DNA of 63,650 bases, counting the filler, from Porpidia crustulata (taxonomy: Eukaryota), in assembly GCA_964255105.1 (NCBI GenBank). It is 3 parts of 3 records of this genome, joined end to end, with 100 filler letters (N's around TTAATTAATTAA, not from the genome) between each part and the next. Parts side by side here need not be neighbours in the genome. Positions count along the whole stretch, not along the records: positions 21,345 to 42,453 come from CAXUWE010000109.1; positions 42,554 to 63,650 come from CAXUWE010000110.1; 1 more part is not named here. One strand, 5' to 3'. The notes beneath the pieces are model-generated. The model saw only the letters and a program-made list of their open reading frames with translations. It was not told where the DNA came from and made no database searches. Made by a program: the position numbers and the translations under genes. How positions within the stretch are numbered: the stretch's first letter is position 1; each line of letters opens with the position of its first letter. This document shows, piece by piece, positions 35,785 through 48,560 of the stretch.

Positions 35785-36215
35785 TCACAAGATGCCATCA
35801 TGCTCCCCTTTGAGTCTCTTCACTCTCTTATTCTCCCAGTCATCAAGATCCTATCATCATCCTGCGAGTAAGTCACTTGTTGCCAAATGTCCAGCTAAAT
35901 CGACAGTTCTATGTGCTTGGGAGACACACTCACCTTGGCAGCCAGTCGGTAGTATTCTTCATTAATGTCTACCTTTCTCCTATCCTTCCCAAGTCCCATC
36001 TCCTCCTCTTTGTTTAGTTGACGCACTTTGCGATCATGCCTCTCATATCTCAACGCTGTGGCAGGTGTGAGGAAGAAGGACCCCGCCACCATTGTAACGA
36101 TGAACGGAAATCCGAAGAGTGCGAACGGATGGGATTTGAGCTTGGCACGATACAAAGCAGAATAAGTGTCCTGCCAAGAGGAGGACCGGAACTTTGTAGA
36201 CCGGAATGTGGGCAT
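35785..36215 (-). CDS. COX16: Cytochrome c oxidase assembly factor Cox16
   Basis: HPFALFGFPF..GSFFLTPATALRYE..EEYYRL; intron 35851-35933; last exon DLDDWENKRVKRLKGEHDGIL*. Confidence 0.93.
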
Positions 36216-37458
36216 GATGATGAATTGAGATTTACTGTTTACGAATATGGGATACTGTGGCTCTGATAACTAAAGGGTGGAGGGTTCTCTGTATCAGCCT
36301 TAGAGGGTTGGAGGGTTTCCGCTTGTACGGGCAAACGCTTGGCTGCCGCAGCGGTCGTATGGTGAATTACTTCTTGCGGTAAAGCGCTGCCCTCTGCCAC
36401 CGAAGATTTGATTTGATGATCTACACATCAGTCATCGAATTTTAGACCTATCAATCCTTCAAGATTCCTCCGGGAGATCTAAAACTAGCGTGCTGCAATC
36501 AATTACTACGTACAAGAAAAGGCATAGAGCGAGATAATATTGAAATCTACAATAGTATCTAGTCCATTAGAGAATTTTTAGATCTTCTCCTCTTTCTCTT
36601 TCTTTTCTCTTTATCCTCTAGTATTATCCGATGCCGGTCACAATATGGATTTTGGCATATAACTACGTCTGTATGCCTTCTGTTTCTTGTGTGTTGAAAA
36701 TCCGCTGTATCTACTAAGAATCTAGCGAACTTGAAGAGATTTCTCCACTGAGTCCGCTTCCTAGATTATCTTTGCCTGCCTCTCCAGATGTGGTAGTTGA
36801 TCAATAACAACGATTCGGACCTCAAGACTAAGACTTCATTTGCGATTGAGATAAAGGAGGCATAGCCACCTGGGCTCTTAGCTCTAGATCTAAGTAATGT
36901 GTACAACGCACGAAATGTCACCTTGTATTACCTGTTGTGTTACCCCAGAATGCTCCTCAAGCAAGATTAAAGACTCCAAGAGGCACGCCTTTTGCACTGC
37001 CTCACTACTTCAGCCTATTAATACGGGCTTCACGCCAAGCCCAAGCGGCAAGGGTTGTCGTCGCTCAGCCAAAAGCACGAAATATATATCGAGGGTTCTC
37101 ACCCACATGAACCTGCCCACACTAAGCCCATATTTTCAGACCAATCAGCCTCAGATGTACTGAAGATTCGGACACAGCCATAGCGATTTAGATCTCTCCG
37201 TTGCGAGCCTTGCATATTCTTACCTTCTGTTTCGAGCATTTCTGCGCTTACGCCAATTTGAGGGTATCTGTTCACAGCCTTGTTTGTTGTTTGCCGGGCT
37301 ACACTTTTTATAATTACTACGCAGATTCTCCGCGCCGAAAACCAGCATCTCCGTCCTGCCCTTTTTTCCTCGCCCAAGAAAAACACGGGTCATCCAGCAG
37401 TTCATCCTATTGTTTCTCTCCTCCGCCCAAAAGATCAACAATCTTGAAGTCCGCAAGA

Positions 37459-39019
37459 ATGGCGCCCAACCACAAACTGCAAAAAACGCTGCGCACCCCG
37501 AGTGCGGGCCTAAAGCCTCGAAAATTGTATATACTTGTCATGGGACTGACAGGTGCTGGAAAAAGCACATTCATTTCAGTACTTACGGGTAAGTATTTTT
37601 TGGGCGATTTCTCCCTATTTTCCAGTATATGTCTCGGCAGTTTGAATTGTTTGGCTTGCATTGCAGACATCCTATTTGATCTTTGGTAGGCAATACTAAT
37701 TCATAATCTTATTCAAGGCAACAAAGACATCCCGATCGGTAAAGCAGCGGAACTAGATGGAGGTAAAATCACCTGATCTGAGCTCCTGATCTCTTGACTG
37801 ATTGGTTCTAGTAACGCAAGAAGTCCAAGATTATGTCCTATTCTACCAGTACAGAGAAAAACCGTACGAAATCCACCTCATTGACTCTCCAGGCTTCGAC
37901 GACGGAAGTATGGTGGACGCGGAGGTCTTGTCCAAGGTCGCGGACTACGTGAACACAAACTACAAACTCAAGGAGCGCTTGGCAGGAGTGCTCTACCTCC
38001 ACGACATTACCAAAGGCAAAGTTGGAGGAGTCGGGCAGCGTAACATCCGCATGCTAGAAAACATGATTGGCGACGAAAAGTTTGACAATTGCACCCTCGT
38101 CACCACTAAATGGGGCTGTAGCAACCTCAATGACGAAAACATTCGCGAAGAGACCCTCCGCAGCCAAAGGAAATACTTCGGTTTTATGCTGCCAAGCGAA
38201 AATCAAGACATCCACCACAGCGCAGCCATAGCGCGCTTCGACCCCAAGACCAAAGCCACCGCCCTTTCAATCATCCACCCCTACCTCGAAAACAAATTCA
38301 CACTGAAAATTTCCAGCCAGATGGTCGACCCCAAGGGTCCCAAACTAGCCCTGGGTGAGACCGAAGCAGGCAAAGTCGTCGCGGACAACCTCAAGAAACT
38401 CGCCCAGACAAAGCAAGAATTGGCTAAAGTCTAAGCTGCCCAGCAACTCCTGGCCCAGAAGTACGATGAAACTTTATTCGAAGAATTCAAGCAGAAGCGC
38501 AAGAAGCTCCGTCGCCAGATCGCCCTCCAGCGTTCCGGCCGCTGGGTTATGCGCACCACTATCGTCGGCGGCGCCATCGTCGCCACGGTCCTCACACTCG
38601 GCCCGGGCGCATCGGCATTCATGCTGGAACCCATGTATGAGAAGGCTGTGCGCGGACAACGAAGGAATGAGAAGCGCGCTAAGCATCAGTTGGAAGAGGA
38701 CTTCAAAAATCGCAGCAAAGATGGCACTTACCTGCAAGGCAAAAACACTTCGTGGCTGTGGACTAACAGGGTCCAGAACATGAAGGATTTGGATGGCGAG
38801 GCGTTTAGTATCAAGAGTGAGAGTTCAGAGAATATATTTGCTGTTGAAAGGAAAGGGGAAAGTGTGGGTGAGGGCAAGGGGATTGAGGCGGCGTTGGCTA
38901 GGATGGTGATTGGTAAGGAGGTTGCGGTGGGTGGGGTCGAGGTGGGAAAGGAGATGGCAGAGATGATTGAGGGGAGTGAAGATAGTGAGAGTGGGAGTGA
39001 ATTTAGCGATTCGAATTGA
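37459..39019 (+). pseudogene. Fungal P-loop GTPase (AIG1/MMR_HSR1-like) with coiled coil and hydrophobic C-terminal segment, interrupted by one in-frame TAA
   Basis: ILVMGLTGAGKSTFI, LIDSPGFDD, AGVLYLHDI, LVTTKW; two introns. The TAA at 38432-38434 is followed by an in-frame continuation to 39019. Confidence 0.8.
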
Positions 39020-39680
39020 TGGGTGTATATAGAATGGCGCTGGCGATTCCGATTGCGAGATAATCAGGATTTATAATGTTTAATGTATGATTTCTTTCAC
39101 CGCTATTGAGCAAACCATTCGATGCGTGAATGAATCTTGAATATATCTAGATACATTCTTTGGGATTTGGAGAAACGTCGGATGTCTATCGCAGCCATCG
39201 AATCGTTTAGAAAATTACTGATCAATACTGTTAGATCGATTTCGCATTTCAGGGGCTCGAAATAACAAGTGAGAAGGCCGCCTAAAACAGCACCGAGACC
39301 ATCACGGTTTGGCGCCAGGCAAAAAAAGCCGCGCACCCAAATTTTCCCCACCAAATTTACGACTGAATTTCAGGACAACCATGAAACCAAAGGATCATTA
39401 TCAACTTCATAAAATCCCTACTAAAGCCAAATTTTAGAGGACTAAGAGAATGAGGACTGTATTAGACGATGAGGGTAAAATGACGGATTGGTAGAACAAT
39501 AAATCTCCTGAAATTCAGTAGTAAATTTGATGAGGAAAATTTGAGTGCGCGGCTTTTTTTGCCCTGGCGCGTGGGCGCCTTCTTACCTGCACACAAACTA
39601 TCCGCGTCTCTGTAGACTTTATATAGTGGACAGCGCGTATTCTTCATGATCTTGCGCTTGTTCTTTGCTCCAAGCTCACG

Positions 39681-42453
39681 ATGTCAAATATTTTCGGCAA
39701 TGCTTCTAGTCAACCAACGTCGAGCCTTTCCGCAAATCTAGGCAACTCCACGACCTCTGCGCAGCAGAATCAGCCAGCGCAAACAAGTACCCTCTTTGGT
39801 AGCTCACAACCTGCAAAAGTTTCTAGTATCTTTGGCGGATCAAAACCTGAAGAGAAAGTAAATCCTTTCAAGAAGCTTGGAGAAGCACCGGTGCTTTCAG
39901 ATACTTCGGGCAGTAACATATTTGGGGGGGAGATATTAGTTGAAGGGTTTGGGGCCGCGGCGCCGAAACCAGCAGATGGCGGGGGATTTGGAAGCTTGTT
40001 CCAGACATCCAAACCGGACGCCTCGTCGACACTTGCGACTCAGAAATTTCAGAATAGCCAATCCATCTTAGGTCAAACAGAGCAACAAAATGGTCCGCAG
40101 CATGGCGGATTAGGCAAACCTTCGCAGCCGGTCTATTTCAACAACCTGCTCAAAAAGGGGAAGAAGCGGGCTCGGGGTGAAGGTGGAGGTGCTGGACTCG
40201 GAGATCTACCCAGTCTGCAGCTTGGCTTAGGAGATATTGCAAAGAAGGTTAGAGAATTGGGAGGAGTGGGATCGCAAATACAGGGAGGCAATGCGGTGGA
40301 TAGCAAGGCTCACTATCTTCTTGCAGCATCCGGCGTGAACCCAGGCAATACTCTGCGAGACCTGAAATCTCTCAACGCCCAAACATCCAGCATCAGTAAT
40401 TCTCAACCATCCACTGAATGGGATCCTGACATAAACAAATATGTGAATCAATTACAGCAGCAGTCTACACTGAAGATGATTTCTGACGGCATAGAACGCG
40501 CCCATCGAAACTTCGATACGTTCCTCGAAGAAACCGTCGACATAAACTGGGAGCTGCAGCGGAAAAAGATCTATGAACATTTCGGGCTAATGGCTCGGGG
40601 AAATGACAAATTGGATGATTTTGCAGATAGTGTCAATCCAGCCACGAGTGGTAGCTTTGGTAAATCATCAAGGAGAGGACGCACAACGAACGGCGGCCGT
40701 GCGGGACAGTCCACGATGAACCGAAGCATCTATGGTAGATCAAGTCTCCAAAAGTCCGTGATAGGCACACCAGGCGTTGGGTCCCGAAATGCAACTCTTT
40801 TTGCTGAAGAAGCAGAGAAAAACGGCTCAGGGCCTACTACCATAGACGACCGGTTCTTGCGTGAGAAACAACACAAATATGCAGAGAAAGTACAGAGTCT
40901 GAATTATGCTCGCATGCAAGGGACCGATTATCCTTTACTGCAGGAATTATCAACAATTGAATCATACCCGAGGGGCGAGTCCGCAAACTCACTGATCGAC
41001 GCATATAAAGCTTTGATAGAGGTGACGAGAGAAGACTCCACTCCTGCAAGCGCAGCAGCACCTAAACCAGCCAAGGAACGGCAATTTGCCGAAGACTATC
41101 TTGATGAAGTTCCGAATTCTGTCAAGACGATAAGAATCCGAAAGAAAATACTTGACGGCTCAAGGCATTGCTTAGAAAAGCAATTCTTTGAGTCCATCGA
41201 GACGCTCATATCCCGAAATCCGAGAGAAGCGAATCTTGGTGGCATACCAACTGCAATCAACAAAGTACGAGCTTATATTCGAATCAGAGCGGCACGTCGA
41301 GATCTCACCCCCGATGGTACTGAGCTACAAATGCTCAACGACGACTACTGCTGGGCGCTTTGCTTCTTCTTACTGCGAAGTGGCTTGGTGAATGAAGCTG
41401 CAGAGTATGTGAAAGACAACGCTACTTCGTTCAGGAATATCGATCGTAATTTCATTGCATACCTTGCTAGCTATGCTGGCAGTCCAGATCGACGACTACC
41501 ACGACAACAGCAAGACCGCATCAATACGGAATATCAACAGCGATCCCGCAATGCACCAGAGAATTCCCTCGACCCGTATCGTATGGCATGTTATAAGATT
41601 GTTGGCCGTTGTGAGCTTAGCAAACGGCAAATTGATATTATAAGCCAAGGAGTCGAGGATTGGATTTGGCTGCAATTTAGTCTTGCCAGAGAAGTCAACC
41701 GGGTCGAAGAGAGTGCCGATGATCTATTCGGTCTGGAGGAACTCCGAGAGGCCATTCGCGAAATTGGCCAGCGGTACTTTTCCAAGAATTCAGAAGGGGC
41801 GGGCGGCTCCAACTTCGGGATGTACTTTTTCCTGCAGATACTAGGCGGCATGTATGAACAGGCTGTTTCCTATCTGTACTCGCATTCGTACGTCGCAGCA
41901 GTTCACTTTGCCATTGCTTTGGACTATTACGGTCTGCTACGTGTATCGGACTTTTCAGCATCGGAAACAGAACTTCGTAAGCAATTTCATTTGCATTTCC
42001 GTCGACAACTCTAATTTAGTTCTAGTCACCTACAATACCAAAGAGCTTCCCCAGATCAACTTCGGGCGTATGCTAGGCTACTATACGCGCGATTTCAGAT
42101 CGGGCAACGTCGAAGCTGCCGTGGACTACCTTACCCTGATATGCCTTGACGCCAACCTTCCCGGTGCTTTGGGCAAAGCACAATCCTTATTGTGCCACGA
42201 GGCTCTGCGCGAGCTGGTCCTCGAGACTCGAGAATTCGCAATGCTGCTGGGAGACATTCACTCCGACGGCACCCGGCTAAAGGGAGCGATCGAGCAGCGC
42301 CTCAAACTGATCGGCCTCGCCGACCAAGAAGCCTTCCTCCGAACCGTCACCCTACAAGCCGCCAGCGTCGCCGACGACAACGGCCGCACCACGGACGCTG
42401 TCCTCCTCTACCACCTTGCCGAAGACTACGACAACGTCATCGTGATCATCAAC
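39681..42453 (+). CDS. NIC96: Nucleoporin Nic96/Nup93 (3'-truncated by gap)
   Basis: LPSLQLGLGDI, KAHYLLAASGV, DPYRMACYKIVGRCEL, VEDWIWLQF, AVHFAIALDYYGLL; intron about 41977-42024. Confidence 0.96.
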
Positions 42454-42553
42454 NNNNNNNNNNNNNNNNNNNNNNNNNNNNNNNNNNNNNNNNNNNNTTA
42501 ATTAATTAANNNNNNNNNNNNNNNNNNNNNNNNNNNNNNNNNNNNNNNNNNNN
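42454..42553. other. Artificial contig linker
   Basis: N44 + TTAATTAATTAA + N44. Confidence 0.98.
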
Positions 42554-44927
42554 GTTTGATGGGTGTTCATGTCTGCTCTGTTTTGGGGAACACACCCGCG
42601 TGGCTGGCAGCAGTTGTGGAGGGGAGAATATCTCCCTTTCAACAATGCTGGTCGGTCGATTGGCTCTTTGGCTGTATTGCTCCCGAAGACTGAGAAGCCT
42701 TATATGTAAGGATTTAGAGAACGTCATCGTTGGCACTGCTGACTTGATAGGCTGGCGCTTTTGCAATGATCTGGGATAAAATTAGCATTGATAGGTAAGG
42801 TTCGAGCGGCTTCGTGAGACGCGAGCTCTCAATAATAAATACCGTTCAAGCCAACGAGCGCTTGCAGTATGTGCGTGAAAATGGCTTAGCTGAATGGTAG
42901 GCCGTGTTGTTGAGAGGCTGATTCAGTCGTGTTGCGATACCTCTGCGTGCCATGGTCTTTCTCTTTGATAGTAGAGTCGGAGACATTAGCAATATAGATT
43001 CCAAAAACCGCACACTAGGAAATGTTGGAATTTGATGCAGCCACATGGGAGTAAAACGATAGGGAACGCAGACTACTTTGAAGAATCTTGGCTCTCGGTA
43101 CTCGCCCATGTTGATAGAGACAGAGTGGCTACTGTAAAGATAGAAAATGTACTGACTGGATGGTGGAGGGCTAGATATTGAAGGAGTGAGTGATCAGTGC
43201 AATCACCTGACGAGGTATCTAGGAATGAACGGTAGAGCTCGAAAACATACTATTACGCTGTCATGATCCTTTAACTCCTCGGATGTTTTACTACCGCTCA
43301 ATCTCCCCGAGTATCACAATCTTCGATACGATTTGGAAATATTGCTAGGCAAGCGTGATCAAATCTTGCATAGGAATTTGTAAGATGGTAACGAGAAGTC
43401 GTCAAGAGGGTACTGTAATGCATCTATGGGATTTCGAATCGGTCTAATTTTGAGATTCTCAAGGTCGTGAAATCTGGGCCATGGAAAGTCAAAGAATGTG
43501 AGCAAACCAGAAAATGGATGCGGCAGAATGAGCGAGAGCTTATCGATGAGCTGTGTGTTGTTTCGCATTGCTCACTGCATCAATGGAGCAGTTCTTGATT
43601 GCGAGAAGCTTTAGAACATCGGTATTGTAAGAGCGTGAGCTTTAACGTAGCGAGCTTTCCAAAAGTGATAGCCAGGCAAGCAAGAAGCCGTTGCAAGACC
43701 AATACTTTTTCAATTTGAGTCATGCCGGCAGATCCTGTAGATGCTGATAGTAGTGTATTTGGAAACAGGCGTATTTCTGTTGGCTAAGCGGTCTGAGTTG
43801 CCGCTGAAGGGTATCCAAGATGTTTTGTCCCAGCATGACGAGTTCCGAGTCGATGACAGGTACGTCGAAGAGACACGTCTTGATGTCTATCTTAGACGTC
43901 ACACTCCTCCGAATAAGAATTCCATCCGCTATGCCGGCAGGCACCATTAAGAGACCCAACCAATTACCTATCCAGACACGCGATCCCAGAACCAAGCATC
44001 CACACCTGTGCAACCACCACGTGACGAGCCGCTGGGCTGGGTCCGAACTGGGAGCGCATTGTCTGGTTTTCGTCGCGGGTGCGTGTCGCACCAAAGGCAG
44101 GTATCCGCAACAACAAGCTTCCTGCGTAACCGACACGACGGGTTGACGGGTAAGGGTCAACGACGACGTGTCTTTACGGCTCTTGGTCGAGTGTGTTTCT
44201 GTTACTGGTGGTGTTTGCAGAGTCGGATGCGTGCGCCGGCGAAGGGACGGGTAGGTGCTGGCGGAGCTGTGGCTCTGACGGGTCGGGTATTGGAAAGTTC
44301 GTTCGCAGCGCTGTGGATCCGGCGAGGGAATGGGTCGAAGGAGTTCGCAATCGTCGGAGTGGTGAGCATGTGATCTGTATCTCATGATTTTTGAGTTCAG
44401 TTGTGTGATCAGAATCAAGGTCATTGGGTGCAGGTTTGCGCATCAATCTAGAAAAACAAGAAATGAAGGCGTAAGTGCAAATCACATGTGGCCGGTATCA
44501 TATGAGATAAGGTAGAATATGGAAAGATGAATGATTTGAACGTGGACAACCTAGACCTTTCCCTCGTTGCCGAACTCGATGCTTTCGTAGCCAGGCATTT
44601 GTGCATACTAGATGAGGCAAGAATAAAGCACAGTTGCTAGTCGACGCCATTGCATCTCAACAGCCCGCAGTATTGCATGTCACACGTGGTCTTGTGCCGT
44701 GCCTCACAAACACGTGGACGAGGCTCAGTTTCGAATAGATTTGCTATGCAAGGGGACCACTGGGTTAGAAGAAACTAGATAATCCATCAATCTCGGAGGA
44801 AGCTCCACAGTAAGACGCTCTGCATTTTCAAGCATTAAATGACTACTATACTTGTCTGGTATCACATTGGACGCTGCCTTGTATGGTGACATAGAAGTGA
44901 TCTGAATAATTTCTGTCGATATCGTAC

Positions 44928-46000
44928 TTAGACAGTGGCTTTGTTCTCCCGCTTGCCTCGCTTCTCCAACCCCGTTTCGGACCAAGGGAAATGGGCTACT
45001 GGGATGATGAAGAAACTGGAAGATATGATTAGCAGCAATTGAGCGAAAGAGGAAACCTGAGGCTAACCTGTTGGAATCATCGAGAATACCAGCCAAGGCA
45101 TTGTACCAAGCCATGAATGCTGCAAGGATGCCAAAAACACCTCCGGCCTTGATTAGCGGTGGGCTAGGTGCGCCAGCTTTGTTGGGACTCAGATAGCCAA
45201 TTCCGAGGAGCAGGAACGTCATGTCCAAGGTGAAGAAGAGCAGGAAGAAAGCGACGGTGGAACGTAGGGTGGCGAGCAAGAGAATCGTGGTGAAGATGAA
45301 CCAGCCCTGTCAATGGATTTAGCGGGCAGACTCTGGAGAGTAGGACAAGCTTACCATTAGGAAGAATCCGAAGGAGTTTAAGAATTGCGCCGTACTGCCA
45401 CCTTTACCGGTTTCGAGAGACGAGACGATCTGAAAGCCGCCAGGGGTAAGGATAATGCCGAAAGCGAGCCAAAATCCACCGTACGAAGACAGAGCAGTGG
45501 CACCAAAGGTGTTCCCCACGGCCATTTCCCTTTATGGCGATCATCAGCGTCTCTTATAATCAATGTGATATCAAGGCAACCTACCACATGCCCGCAAGCA
45601 GTTGGACCAGTCCGCCGTATCCGAAGGCAATAGCGACCACAATGTTCGGCTCGGCAACACCCCTGGTGCCCATGTTGATCAAGCTCAACACAAAGGTGGT
45701 GAGCGCAAAAGCGGACAAGCCCAACGGCGCCGGGTTGGCGAATTTCCGATCTTTGACTTGACGGTAGGTACCGGGCTGGAATTCTCCTCCGAATGCTGGT
45801 AGACGTGCTGAACCGTCGGTGGCGGTGTGTGCAAGTGGTCCGTAGCCAAAGCGGGCGGCAGCTGTCGCAGTTTGATGCTCCTCGTGAGTCATTTCACGCT
45901 GCATGCCATGGCCACTGCCGGAATTGTATTCTTTGTTGAGACCATTGGCACCACCATGAAGGCCTTGGCCGGTGTACTCAGTGTTTGGTGCGGTAGCCAT
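44928..46000 (-). CDS. GPR1/FUN34/YaaH (ATO/Ady2/AcpA) acetate transporter, four exons
   Basis: AFGGEFQPG, FANPAPLGLSAFALTTF, GMW|EMAVGNTFGAT, AWYNALAG, and last exon FFIIPVAHFPWS. Confidence 0.95.
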
Positions 46001-48284
46001 AGCGTATGCCGTCAACGGAAGCGGATGGCTACGGTTGTGTTTGTGAAAAGATGTTTGAGTTGTAGGGCGACAACTCCAATGTCAGATGAAAAGTAGGAAA
46101 TCAGGGGACTGAGGTGGTTATGAAAAGAATGTTCATCGGCAAGACCGGGAGGTCTGGGGGAATATGCGGGGAAATGAAGGGCAGTTTGTGATGAACGAAT
46201 GGCGCCGTCAATCTGATAGGGCAGACCAGGTAAGAGTGGAGGTGGAGACTACCCAATATTTGTTTTCTGGGGAAACACAGAAAGTGCATATGCCGCATGG
46301 AAGATCATGACGGTCCCGAAGGAGCTTGGGATGATGATGATCAGTAGGGATCGCATCGTATCGTCTCATCACTACTGGGGTTTAGTCACTCATGGTGTTG
46401 CCAGATCCGATGGGCCAAAGTGAGTAAATAACACAAGTAGTCCCTATTAGTCATGATTCAACACAGAAGTGGTGAAGTGACTGAATGGTAGTCCAATTAG
46501 CTGATGTTCTGGACGTCTGGACGTGATTCCGGTGGAAAGGGTTGGTGTGGAGGGTGGGAGGTAAAAGTCAGGTAAGGTAGGCTTCGTGGGCTTGTAGTCG
46601 ATCATCCCTGCAAGACCACACGGCATATTCTTGACCACCCGGCGCTCGGGTTCTTCCACCTTCATCTGCACTTGGCCCTCGCGCTTGAGTGACCAGACTC
46701 ATGCACTGCGATATGGCCATTCGAAAACAAATTACGCTTGTCTCAAATGTGCTGCAGTCAACTTACCAAAATGAACAAATAAATTAGAAGCAATTGGGCC
46801 GAGGACACGGTGATAGCAATTCTGCTGGTAGCTTCGCTATAAGGCGATGATCCGTGACGACTGGAGTACTGGGTCGGCTGATCCAATCCATGACGCCATG
46901 TTGCCAATATTAATACGTTGATTTGTCCAACGAAGAACTGATGGTAACGAGCTCCCAATTCAGAATTACAAATCGTAGAGGCATGGTGAACATGAGTAGT
47001 GCAAGATAGTCAGGGTGGGTAGAGTACTGTGATCTAACCGCCTTGTTCCCGTTGTCGGCGACTGTTGTCTGCATTTCTGGTCAGGACAATTTAAGCAAAC
47101 CCCAGATTTGGGTAATTATGATCCCCGGGTTTTCGTAATCTTACCCTGGTATCCCCGTGTGGATCATTCCCAAATGGCGAATTTGCATCTTGTTGCGCCC
47201 CGACTTTCCATGTCATGTTCGGCAGAACGGAAGACATCTGACAAATTATCTGCCGGGACGCGTCCAGAACGTAGGATGATGCGCTGGATGCGCTCAGTCA
47301 GCCAGGAGCATAATAGGAAGCATTATCCAAACGTGTTAGTTACACGGTGCATCAAGTACCTCATGCAATTCTGCATTGGACACATATCGTCTAGGTCAAA
47401 TGTTCGTCTCCACCAAGTGACCGATCGACTGAACCTTTCGGCGCCCGCCGTTCAACTCATGCATGCTTGTCGACAGGTGGAGACTTCCGTTATGCCGGTA
47501 GGTTTGTCCTCCGTGTCCTCCAGACTCCAGCGCTGGGAGGCTTCGCCAAGACCTTAATAAAAGCCTCTTCAGCCCCAAATGAAAAATCCTCCGGAGCCTT
47601 TTCGTGTTGTCCGCCTCTGTACCTCCGCCGACGTGTGGCATTCTCATTACAACCGAATTGGCCGTACGGTCGTCTAGCCCATGTGCATCTTCCTGGATAG
47701 TGCTGGATGTAGGGTTACGGGCAACGTATTTAGTGGTTGCCCTTCTAGACAAGTATCTTCAGTCTCATCAAGCTTTCTGAATTATGACAGCGAAAAGCAA
47801 CTGGTCGGTATGTAGTGTCCTCGTCCACCCATCAGTCTCATGCTTGGCTTGTTAGCATCTCGCACATGGTATGATGCACTGCTGATTGTGGTTTCAATGG
47901 TAGGCAAGTATCGTTCAAAATAGAGGAGATAAGGCGTAAGTACTGCCTTGGAGGAATGGAGATTGCAAGATTGATAAATTTCCATCTAATCATTTGCGTT
48001 ACTAAATTACTCTGCTAGCCCCACGGTCCCATTTGTTACGGAAGAAAGTGCGACCAATAATCGAGAAGCCCTATGCCCTATGCCCGGTACGACCCAAATG
48101 CCGGCTTTTACCCTAATGCAAAACAAAGCAGCAGCTGCTTGCAAGCAATGCAAACATAATCGAAAAAGTAGACGCGCTTAGAGCCAAGCCTTGACTCGAG
48201 ACGCCTGACCAATCCCACAATTATCCTACACTCCGTATATCGTACATCGACATTCATTTCTTCATACTCGCCAACTTCGTTGAA

Positions 48285-48560
48285 TCATTGGTAGTATCTG
48301 GAGTCACTGTATTTGGTCCGCATGTAGGAGTCCTTGCCGTACGAGCTATTGTTGTGGACGATGGGTTTGCTTTGCTTTGAGCTTGATGAGGTCTTCCCGC
48401 TGCTGTATCTGGAGTCTGAGGGAGTGTTAGCGTGGCTCAGGCGGTCGTGCGCGGCGATTGAAAGCGTACCGTATGCTTGGGACGATTTTGGGGCGCTCTT
48501 CTCATATGTCGAGCTTGACCGAGAGCTGGAGCTCGAGGAAGTGTAGTCGTATGAAGGCAT
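48285..48560 (-). CDS. Small Ser/Tyr-rich protein (~73 aa)
   Basis: MPSYDYTSSSSSSR..YSDSRYYQ*, with a canonical GTACGC..CTAAC..CAG intron at 48416-48469. Confidence 0.7.
   Translation of the reverse strand: MPSYDYTSSSSSSRSSSTYEKSAPKSSQAYGTLSIAAHDRLSHANTPSDSRYSSGKTSSSSKQSKPIVHNNSSYGKDSYMRTKYSDSRYYQ

Noticed and set aside
38432..38434. A-to-I stop-codon correction site
   Set aside because: Known fungal cases mostly fix UAG to Trp. This codon is UAA in a Gln-compatible coiled-coil context.
42554..44700. Overlapping ORFs up to 234 aa
   Set aside because: No recognisable domain or coherent splice model.
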